Assembly (NCBI RefSeq): GCF_000143415.4 | Contig: NW_003314290.1 | Location: forward strand, 1-64,000 | DNA from: Selaginella moellendorffii | Taxonomy: Eukaryota; Plantae; Lycopodiophyta | DNA length: 64,000 bases | Direction: 5' to 3' | Part shown: positions 1-10,769 of the stretch, piece after piece | Position numbering within the stretch: position 1 is the first letter of the stretch | Layout: every line of letters begins with the position of its first letter | The notes under the pieces: model-generated | What the model was told of the DNA's origin: nothing | Databases searched by the model: none | What the model saw: only the letters and a program-made list of their open reading frames with translations | Made by a program: the position numbers and the translations under genes

Positions 1-1470
1 TTAAGTCAGGTGAACAAGCCGAATTGAATCATCAGATTGTTATAACAAATTGCGAGGTGATGGCATGAGGCGATACGCCATTTGAGAGTGGTAGCCATTC
101 CTATATGAGGTGAGTGAAGTATTTATTAGAAATACCTCATTCAATTGTGCACTTCTAAGTCTTGGTCCACTTAGTACTGTTTGCATGTTTTTATTTTAAT
201 TCTTTCTCTAAAATGTTATTTAGCATGTGGCTTCATGCCATTGCTCTCCACAATCATGCATTGAATTTCTATCCTTGCATAATACTTCTCCATATATATA
301 GCATGTGCGCACATGTGATATGGTTCATTAGGCCTGATATAGTGTGTGAGGTAAAACAAAGATGATGTGACATATGCATTTACCAATCACACGTGCATAA
401 ATCTAATAATATGGCGTGTGGCCCATATTAATGGCACATAAACCCATATTGTGGGCTTACGTGCTTTATGTACCATCATTCCCTTGCAGCGTGTGTGTTG
501 GTTTCCTTTTATAACACAACGAACTCCATATTTTAGGGTGAAGAGCGTTCTCATGGCAAGCACAAAATCTGTAAGTGAGGCAGAAAAGGAGACGGAGAAG
601 GAGATAGGTGAAGATGTAGAATATATAAGTCTTCCAAACTCCCCGTACTATACTCCAGGTGATCATTTTTCTGAACAAACGGCAACATTAACAACTATCG
701 AGAACGCCCCAGTAACGTCAGAGACAACAATCCAAAGCAAAACAACTGACCCGGAGAAGGATGATAGTACCGCTGAGAGTACCAAAAAGGAGGTGTCCAC
801 TAGCGCTTAGGCTTATAATGGCGTGTGCCCTCATGCCATTTACTTGATCACCAAATACCTTTTTCCCTTTGCACTAGTATATCTTAATACCGGTCTGAGA
901 AATAGAATGGCATGTGCCCTCAGGCCTTTTACTAAATCACCTTTGAAAGAAATGCAAGCCTCTATGTCGTAAAAAAAAGGTACTAGAGAAATTCCTTAAT
1001 AATATGAATGTTATTTAGTTTCATGAAAATACACTAAGGGTCAAATGAGTTAAATGACTTCTCCAGACCAGCAATGCCTCTTGCTACACCTTCACAATTA
1101 GATTCGTTAGAAAAAGATAACATTGAATAATATCTAAATGTTCTCACCATTAAGTTATATGTCTGGCTAATAGGAATGATGTTCATCTTGGAAAGCTCAC
1201 CACACGCTCAATGAACAAACAAATAGTGTGTGCGCGCATGCCATCGCTCTTCTTTAGCTTCAGATTCGGCTTGTTCACCTTGACAATGAGATTTATTATA
1301 CAACTAGATGGACTCAGTCTGGACATAAGGTCACCGCGCTAGTCACCATGCCCCAAATATGTCTAGCCCCTGGACAAAAAACATATAATTTCACGTCATT
1401 TTCAAATACTTGAAAATTTGTACCTAGTCCCATTTTACTGAATAAATCCCACTTTAACGAAATAGAGCAT
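1..1470 (+). mobile_element. Terminal ~1.47 kb of a second copy of the Sola-like DNA transposon (continues left of the window)
   Basis: Near-perfect reverse complement of 9127-10596: ORFs 451..810/9787..10146 and 162..365/10232..10435 encode identical peptides and paired coordinates sum to 10597. Ends in the TIR TCCCACTTTAACGAAATAGAGCAT at 1447-1470. Confidence 0.93.
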
Positions 1471-3840
1471 AAAGGTGAAAAAGTTGCTCTCGATTGCAGA
1501 CATACGATGCGGGCAGGAATGGCTTGATAGCATTGCCGAGATTTGTTCTCGCGTTCGTAAGTTCTTATAAAATTTGTGAAACATTTCATAACTCTTTGTG
1601 TGTGTAGGAACTGGTAAAGCACCGGAGGAACTCATTTACAACATCTCTAAGAGTAAAATGTCCTTTGCTGAACAAAGTGTTTGCTTGGAACTTCTCAACA
1701 CTTGGCTGCGAAATAAGGAAAAACGCTGCGAGATAAGGATGGAGAAGGTGATGAAGGAGAAGGCGTACATTTCTCAGAGTATTGCCGCTGGTGAGGAGAT
1801 GCTACAAGTCTGGGATGAGAAGTTTCTTTCCAACACCCGCACAGGTATTACTCTCGAAGAATATATTCGTGCTTGTCTTGTGGAGCTAGGGAATGGTTGG
1901 CTTCCACGTGGTGGGACGAGTTCGGCTGAGTTCAAGAACCAACCAGGACAACCATTTCTTGCGAGGCGCATGGTTTACAGGTATTTTTTCAATTCTCATT
2001 TATATGTTGGTATTTATATTTTTGTTTTACTTTGTAGATATTTAAAATATAGCCCCGGCGCATCGGTATACACAACCGGTGTTTTGCAGAAGCTCCTGAC
2101 TAGAGGCAAGAAGCTTGGGATGTATGAGCCAGAGTTCTACTGTCCTTGTACACATGAGAGGGAGCTATGCCCATGGTACCTTGAACTCGTGGAGCAGATG
2201 CCAACATCGGACTTCGAGCTAGATCTCTACCTTGAATGTCATCCAGGTTCACTTGAAACTCAGCACTTAGCTAGGAAATATTAACCTTGAGTTATATTCT
2301 TATTTTCCAGAGGCTCTTTCTGATTGTGATAATGACGTTGTTGAAGTTCAACAACTAAACCTAGGAGTCAGCACTCAGGAAACCATTCAGGAGATGCCAA
2401 ATCCAAATACCGTTGAACCAGAGGAAACTGTACAGGAAATTCCAGCACAAGAGATTCCAGTACCTGCTCCTCGCAACCCCCGAAGGGGCCGTCATGAAGC
2501 CTTTCATGAGAGTAAGGACTTTGATTTGGAACATTCTTTTATTCATTCTTGACTTCACTTTTTTTTTTATAGATGTTGCAGAGAGCAGCCATCAGTCTTT
2601 TCGGCGGACTAAGACATTCTTCCCATCCCTCCCTACGGCTACAGATGACGACCTAGAAGAGCTCTCCTTTGCAGCGATGCATAAACAGGTTAGTAAGCAT
2701 GAATTTTATCTTCAACTTTTAATTCTAATAATTGATTTTCAGGTTCGCCCTCTATCCCCAACGGCCAGTGTTGGGGAAGTTGCTATTCTCATTGGGGATT
2801 ACACACAGCTTTTGGATGCTACTAGTCAGGAGCTCTACATGCTTGATCGGTGGATCCATGGTTTGGGTCAACTCACACCTTATGGGAAGATCGATTTCAT
2901 CTTTTTTGATCTTCCCGATGGGATGACACCACTGCAGGGGGATACTCCGTCATGGAATGTGTTGCAGGCCCAACACATTTCCCAAGCCTTAAAGGTTGCG
3001 AGCAGCTTCATGACATACGAGGGTGTGGTTGTCATGATCCTTCCTCGCTCTCTAATGTGGGAAGGCCTTCTCGCACACTTAGCTGACAACGATGATGGAT
3101 TTGTTGAGTTTTCATCTGGCTGCCTTCTTTCGAGTATGGCGGTGGACACAAAAGGCACTAGCAGGCAGACGCGAAAGGTGTGTGACTTCTTTATTTATAA
3201 ATTAACTCTATTCTATTTTTTTTTCCAGATTTATTCCTGGAACTACCATGCTCTATGCCACATTGGGAACCGGCGTAATGCCACACGAGCTGACGAGCGT
3301 GCTGCTCTTGTTTTACCAGGATATGACAGCTCTACAGACATCATCCCAAATGTGATTGACTCGGACGTTCTTCACCCAGTGTTCCCTGGTTATCGATATC
3401 GTTCGGACACGGCCATGCAAATCTTGTTGGAGTTATTTTGTCCACCAAAGGGGATTGTGCTTGATGCTACAGTAGGATTTGGATCAATGGTGCAGGCAGC
3501 AAAAGAGACAGGCCGAGCGGTTTTTGCACTTGAGAAGGAGGATGCCTTTGAGGACATTCTTAGGAGATTTTGCAACAGGTGATGTTAGTGCTTGAAATAA
3601 TCTATAATATTTATTCTCAAATGTTTCTATTTTATTAGGTCTACACTTATCACACACAGTGTTTCAGTCCACACGCTTGATCTTGATGATATAGATGATC
3701 ATATGGACCGAAGTCAATTCCACTTACCTATTTATGCTGAACGTATGGCACAACATTACATACAACACGAGCCTATAGTGAAGGAGCATTCCACTATACC
3801 CATTTCTACTTTTCTGGATATGGAAGCAGAAGAAGATTGA
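1471..3840 (+). CDS. Intron-containing beta-class DNA amino-methyltransferase (N4C/N6A-type) gene, 5' part cut off by the transposon end at 1470
   Basis: ORF 2413..3582 has a motif IV-like GKIDFIFFDLPDG and, C-terminally, motif X/I/II-like RSDTAMQILLELFCPPKGIVLDATVGFGSMVQAAKETGRAVFALEKE (beta-class order). GT-AG introns at about 1557-1608, 1981-2038, 2512-2572, 2689-2742, 3178-3228 and 3579-3638. The last exon reads ...FLDMEAEED* (TGA 3838-3840). An open upstream exon (KVKKLLSIADIRCGQEWL) abuts the TIR. Confidence 0.8.
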
Positions 3841-5883
3841 ATATATTCTGATTTTATTATAAATTATATTGTTTAATATATTATTTTCTTTTTTTGTAGA
3901 CTAAAAGATTAGTTCATGTCGAACCAATAATCTACATGAGCTTATGGAATACCTTAAACACCTAGATTTTATGTTAAAAATTCTTGGTTCGGGACAAACT
4001 AAGGTAGTGCCATTAAACTTTCGCTAGTTAGGGGATTGTATTGACTTCCTTTGACTTTCGTTGACTTTCATTGACTTGAGCTCAGCTCGTGAGCTCAACT
4101 CAAAAACTACCCAGCCCCATAGAAAAGGGACTTGGTGAGGACTATAAAAGGGATACTAGGGAAGGTTATTCCCTATGTTGGTGGCTATCTTAAGGATGCT
4201 AAAGAGTGGATCTAGGATGGTTATTCATGGATGGATGGCCCAGTTTTTGAGAGATTGGATTGCAATGCAGGTGGTGTTGGACCACCGGTGTGACCAAGGT
4301 GAATGGGCATGGCTTTAGCGTAATGGGTAGGTATATCGGTGGTACCTTGGGGTGTCAGTCATGGGATCAGACACGTGAAACACTTGGGTCGAGTGCAAAA
4401 GTTGAGTGGCATGGATGCCATTCTCAGGGCTAGCAAGCCCCAAGTCCCAAATTGGACTTATGGAGGTTGTGAATGAGACTCCTCCAAGTGGTTAGAGGTG
4501 TGGTTAAGTGACTAAAGTAGAATGGAAAAATTAATCACTTACAATTTGGTATTGGAGTTGTTCCTTAATCCGACTTTTAGTGGTGCTTAAGTATATCACC
4601 ACTAGTGTTAGCATCGAAAGGTCCTAGAAGTGGGCCTATCCTTGAGGAGTAGCAGGCTGGGAATACATGACTCTCCACTACAGTTCATGTGTGAACTTGT
4701 AAGTGAAGTGGTGAATAGAAAAGGATCAATAATGGAACGACTTCGGGATCTTGGGAATAGTATAAAGTTTTCCTCAGAGAGTTGAGAACGTGATTTAGAT
4801 GAACGTTTGACTTAGCAAACTAGCTAATATAGTTGTGGTAAACAACTATAGTTGGGATCATAGGAAAGATACAGACTCCAAAAACAATAAAGGAGTCACA
4901 AGATTATCCTCCTATAATTAAGGCTGGTGCTTATGAACTTGAGACTAGATTTAATGACCATGAGAGGTCAAATACGGACGAGGACCCGAGTCCTTGAAAT
5001 GGTAGCCGGGGCTACCTTTTATAAGTGTTGGAACAAACCCAAGGAGTTGGGGGTGTGCTTAGAGGATGAGTTGGTATTCTCATCGTATGGGTGGATAGTC
5101 CTAAAGGGAAAAAAGTAGCCCATAGGGAATGGAAAATAATCAAGTGTCAGAATAACACTTGCAAAGATAGTCCTTATGAGTAAAACATGAATACACGAAG
5201 TTGTATTATAGTGAGTTGGCACCTAAAAAATAGGACCTTACAGGTCATTGGATTAGCAAAGTCCAAAGATGCTGGATGACTCAAGTAGAGTCAAGGAATG
5301 GACTTAAGGTGTTAGTAAAAGCATTTGGACTAAAGTGTGTTGTGCCCCACAAAGGATAGGGAAGATCATAAGATCCAAGTATGAGAACAGTGGGTATTTC
5401 ATTGATAGTAGAATGTGCCATACTAAAGTCGTGGGAAGAAATCAACTTTGACACAAAGTTGTATGTAAACTCTATGGTGTAATGTTAATGGATAATTGGT
5501 ATGAGAAAGAATTATATTAGTCTTGGCAAGGACCTAAACACACAAGTAAAAAGTGTTATAAAGGTAGGCTCGTGGAACCGATGGTGTGACGACATCAAAT
5601 GTGCCAAGACGTGATGCTTTGAGGTCAAGTTGGTGGGTTTATGAGAACCCCTTCCCAAATGAATTCTAATGGAAATAAGAATGGCATAGGCTCAGCTGGA
5701 AGGCATATGGTTGGAGTGTGGTGATTTAAATAATGATGGAAGTGTGGAAACACCAGCAATGAGTTGTAAGACTTGACAACTATAAGGCAATTAAGCAAAA
5801 GGTGCAAAATAATTGGTTAGGCTGGTAGAAGATAACTACCTAAGACTTCTTATTGGGATAAAGAAGTTAGATATACCCTTATA

Positions 5884-7223
5884 TGTGAGACACAAAATCC
5901 CTAGGCCCCAAAGTGGAGCTGGAAAGGGTGCCACATGGTAGTGGCCGAAGCAAAAGCCAAACGAGCGTAACACGTTTGGACTAAAAGCTTTGACTTGGAA
6001 GGTCGAGAGCGGGAGTGGAACTCCTAACAAAGTGCTCAAGGAGCGAGCATGAAGCGAGCAATAAGCAAGGCTCCAAAAGGGGACCCAAAAAGGACCAACA
6101 CATGACACGTGGAAGTGTCCGAGATGGAGTCCGAGATGGATCCGAAATGGAGTCCGATATGGAGTCCGAGATGGAGTCCGAGATGGACCCAAAATGGAGT
6201 CCGATATGGAGTCCGAGATGGAGTCCGAGATGGACCCGAAATGGAGTCCGATATGGAGTCCGATATGGAGTCCGAGATGGAGTCCGAGATGGACCCGAAG
6301 TGGAGTCCGATATGGAGTCCGAGACGGAGTCCGAGATGGATCCGAAGTGGAGTCCGATATAGAGTCCGAGATGGACCCGAAATGGAGTCCGATATGGAGT
6401 CCGAGATGGACCCGAGATGGAGTCCGAGATGGACCCGAGATGGACCCGAGATGGAGTCCGAGATGGACCCGAGATGGAGTCCGAGATGGACCTGAGATGG
6501 ACCCGAGATGGAGTCCGAGATGGACCCGAGATGGAGTCCGAGATGGACCCGAGATGGAGTCCGAGATGGAGTCCGAGATGGAGTCCAAGTCCGAATCCGG
6601 GACCGAGACCGAGTCCGAGTCCGAGTCCGAGTTCGAATACTAATACAGGCAGTTGGGTGAAAGCCCAAAGCGATCATCCCCCGAGGGGGGGGGGGGGGCT
6701 GCGGGGGGTTCCAAAAGTATAGTAGGGAGAGTGTGGGGGTTGGAGCCCAGTGGAGCCAGTTGGGCCAGGAAGGGCCAGTTTGGCCCAGGAAGGGCCAGTT
6801 TGGCCCAGGAAGGACTAGTTTGGTCCAGGAAGGCCATACCCAGTGTTGGGTGATGAGCTGACCACTGGGAAGTCCAAGACTAGAGTGAATACGGACCGAC
6901 AAGCGGGGTAGCTTGGTGAAGTGTTCAAGAGCCAGCTCTAGTTCCCCCGGGAGATCGACTGGCCGATGCTCCCAGTCCAAGTGTGGGTGGCACTACCTAC
7001 TTGGATACCTGTCGTGGCTCAACAGAACCTCGCTCTAAGCCCATGGCTAGAGCACCTAAAGGCGGAAGGCGGGGAGAGTACCCAGGTGGCTCGCGTAAGG
7101 CCACGGTGTTCCGAAATGTTGTCCCAAAGGCCCAGACTGTGGAAAGGAAGAGGAGCAGTCCTCTGGGGCAGTGACCAAGGACGCAGTCGTGTGGTGAGGA
7201 GGTCCCAGAGGACCGTGGGACTT
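5884..7223 (+). mobile_element. 5' portion of the 5' LTR of a younger copy (B) of the same LTR family
   Basis: Starts TGTGAGACAC, preceded by TSD TTATA (5879-5883). Near-identical reverse complement of ~23718-25226. Confidence 0.85.
6120..6635. repeat. LTR-internal satellite of 11-12 bp units (GAGATGGAGTCC / GAGATGGACCC) plus CCGAGT hexamers
   Basis: Direct tandem repeats visible in the sequence; source of the spurious MESE/SRTP ORFs. Confidence 0.95.
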
Positions 7224-9126
7224 AAGGTGCTCACTCCTAATAGATCTCTTTAGCATTGTTTGCTATAAGCCCTATCCATGGCCTAACTTTGTGACCTTCC
7301 CATAGGTCTCTTCTAGAGAATACTTTCTTTGGACTCACTATGCCATTGCATTGACATAACTCAATTCCCTTAAATGTTCTTCCCACTTGGTCATCTTGAT
7401 CAAGCCACACCATTATCATTAGTTCAAATCAATACTTTGAACTAAGAACCTTATTCTTTACCCAAACAAGGACCTTGTCCTTATTTAGCCACAAAATCGC
7501 TTAGTGATCTCATCTTGGCACCTAAAAAGTTTGCCAATTGATACTAGGTCTTCCAGAATTTTAAGTTGTTGACCATGACTTTGGGGGCATCCCCTATACT
7601 TAGCAGTGCACTCAAGGCAACCCTTCTGGCCAAGGGTCTATAGCAATTGAGATTAGGTGTCCCCATCTCATTCACCACGTCCTTGGTGCCACTTGCACCA
7701 AAGTGTTCAAGTTAGATATGTCGAGCTTTCACATTAAGTAATTTAACTATGCATTACGACTCCAGGGCATCCCCTATTTGGTAGTGTGCCCAAGCTAGTC
7801 TTTTTACTAAAAGTTTATGACCACCGAAAAATAAGTGTCCTCATATTCCAAACTATCACCTTGCCCTATTGAGTTGGGACTCGAACCCAAGCACTATAGG
7901 GTTAGGACTTGAACCCAACCTCCATATATGCACCTACAGACAATATCACATAAGATGCTTAGTATGGCTCCCTACGCCGGTGCACCAACTTATACTTAAA
8001 ACGCGCTATAGATCACAGCTTAGGAACTTAGTTCCTTTGCACTGCCAAGTCCTCTCAGTTAACAAGTCTGTGATTATGCATGGACTCCTCTATGCTCGGC
8101 CCCATAAGCACCTTCAACTAGGGGATTTGTTCCCCTGACTTGCTAATCTTGCTTATCAAGTCATTTGACCAACATAATATAGTTTCATGCATATGCGTGA
8201 AAGTCCTTGACCATCAACTTTCATTCAAAGCCATCCCTTTAAACACTCGGGAATTACTTCCCCAACCTTGATAACTTTGTTTCATAGCAAGCTTCAAGGC
8301 CACGCTTCTGTTGTGCCCCTTTTATTTCGTGCATTTTATGAACTATTTACACTTGGCTTTCTAGGTATTAAATTACCTAGAATTGTCTTTAGGAACCTTG
8401 AAGGGACTTTGTCCCTTAGCTTGCTAAAGCCTTTCCTTTCGCAAACTTTTTAATTGCCATATTGTCTAACATAGACAATTCTATGCTTTAGACTCTCCAT
8501 GGCATCACGGTTATTAGTAACAATATACTCAAGTGCCCACTTAATTCTCCACTCCCAACTTGCATAACCACCCTTGGTTATGCCCTTCAATTCCTATGGT
8601 TTAGTTCTTTCCCCCTTCTACTTGTTTTTGGCCTTATATATTTCCTTCGGTTATTCTCTTCCAAACTAGGAGGATAATTTTGCACTTTCTACCATACCTT
8701 AACAAGTATTCATAGAGATAAACCTACCCAATAGCCTAGGGAGTGGTTCCTTAATCTGGGTATGCTCACCTTATAATCCCACACACTGAAATTAATGTTG
8801 CTACTTATGGGCCTTTATATGCCCATCACTAACCTTGCCAAAATCCCATTCTTAACTTTGTCCAATTCAGATAGACAAACTTCTCTTGTCTCCGCAATTT
8901 GGATGTTTTAAAAGCCCTTCCTATTCATCATTCACTAGGGACTTAGTCCCTTGAGCCTTATCTGTTACCCTCATGATACCAAATGCCACCTCTTAGTGTT
9001 CTAGAGTGTTTGAGTGTCCCAATGATAGCCTTTTTGACAATGAGCATTCCCTTTACGACATTGACTTACTATATTGCAACATAAGCAATTTATCCTCTAT
9101 AATGTAAGCGACTAATTTTTCCATTC

Positions 9127-9150
9127 ATGCTCTATTTCGTTAAAGTGGGA
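9127..9150 (+). repeat. Left terminal inverted repeat
   Basis: 23 of 24 bases match the reverse complement of 23233-23256; exact reverse complement of 1447-1470. Confidence 0.92.
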
Positions 9151-10769
9151 TTTATTCAGTAAAATGGGACTAGGTACAAATTTTCAAGTATTTGAAAATG
9201 ACGTGAAATTATATGTTTTTTGTCCAGGGGCTAGACATATCTGGGGCATGGTGACTAGCGCAGTGACCTTATGTCCAGACTGAGTCCATCTAGTTGTATA
9301 ATAAATCTCATTGTCAAGGTGAACAAGCCGAATCTGAAGCTAAAGAAGAGCGATGGCATGCGCGCACACACTATTTGTTTGTTCATTGAGCGTGTGGTGA
9401 GCTTTCCAAGATGAACATCATTCCTATTAGCCAGACATATAACTTAATGGTGAGAACATTTAGATATTATTCAATGTTATCTTTTTCTAACGAATCTAAT
9501 TGTGAAGGTGTAGCAAGAGGCATTGCTGGTCTGGAGAAGTCATTTAACTCATTTGACCCTTAGTGTATTTTCATGAAACTAAATAACATTCATATTATTA
9601 AGGAATTTCTCTAGTACCTTTTTTTTACGACATAGAGGCTTGCATTTCTTTCAAAGGTGATTTAGTAAAAGGCCTGAGGGCACATGCCATTCTATTTCTC
9701 AGACCGGTATTAAGATATACTAGTGCAAAGGGAAAAAGGTATTTAGTGATCAAGTAAATGGCATGAGGGCACACGCCATTATAAGCCTAAGCGCTAGTGG
9801 ACACCTCCTTTTTGGTACTCTCAGCGGTACTATCATCCTTCTCCGGGTCAGTTGTTTTGCTTTGGATTGTTGTCTCTGACGTTACTGGGGCGTTCTCGAT
9901 AGTTGTTAATGTTGCCGTTTGTTCAGAAAAATGATCACCTGGAGTATAGTACGGGGAGTTTGGAAGACTTATATATTCTACATCTTCACCTATCTCCTTC
10001 TCCGTCTCCTTTTCTGCCTCACTTACAGATTTTGTGCTTGCCATGAGAACGCTCTTCACCCTAAAATATGGAGTTCGTTGTGTTATAAAAGGAAACCAAC
10101 ACACACGCTGCAAGGGAATGATGGTACATAAAGCACGTAAGCCCACAATATGGGTTTATGTGCCATTAATATGGGCCATACGCCATATTATTAGATTTAT
10201 GCACGTGTGATTGGTAAATGCATATGTCACATCATCTTTGTTTTACCTCACACACTATATCAGGCCTAATGAACCATATCACATGTGCGCACATGCTATA
10301 TATATGGAGAAGTATTATGCAAGGATAGAAATTCAATGCATGATTGTGGAGAGCAATGGCATGAAGCCACATGCTAAATAACATTTTAGAGAAAGAATTA
10401 AAATAAAAACATGCAAACAGTACTAAGTGGACCAAGACTTAGAAGTGCACAATTGAATGAGGTATTTCTAATAAATACTTCACTCACCTCATATAGGAAT
10501 GGCTACCACTCTCAAATGGCGTATCGCCTCATGCCATCACCTCGCAATTTGTTATAACAATCCGATGAATTCATATTCGGCTTGTTCACCTTGAACTTTA
10601 AGTAAGATTTGCTAGAACAACTAAGAATTTATACTTGTTATTTGTATCATCTCACCTAGGAATGGCGTAAGGCCACATGCCATCACGCCTCCTCTGATTC
10701 AGATTCGGATTGTTCACCTTGAAATAAAATACATTAGAAACTTAGTAAAGGAATATTAATGAATCTCAC

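Noticed and set aside
451-810. 119-aa ORF (and its twin 9787..10146) as an independent gene
   Set aside because: GTG start, low complexity and no motif; at most a terminal exon of the transposase transcript.
1471-3840. Bacterial contamination or a restriction-modification operon
   Set aside because: The MTase gene has spliceosomal introns, is interrupted by the transposon and has no adjacent endonuclease.
4406-4422. TGGCATGGATGCCA in the LTR as a copy of the 22-bp palindrome
   Set aside because: It shares the arms but the spacer is much shorter and lacks the GGCC core; treated as coincidental.
5836-6980. Long ORFs with MESE/SRTP/HLGL repeats (also 24004-25289, 30492-31466 and 41086-41432)
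   Set aside because: Open in several frames on both strands only because they run through the LTR satellite; not credible proteins.
1-10596. The 1.47-kb inverted repeat as the TIRs of one foldback element spanning 1-10596
   Set aside because: The true TIRs face inward (1470 and 9127), and the 9127 end pairs with 23256 through a verified TSD. These are ends of two separate copies.
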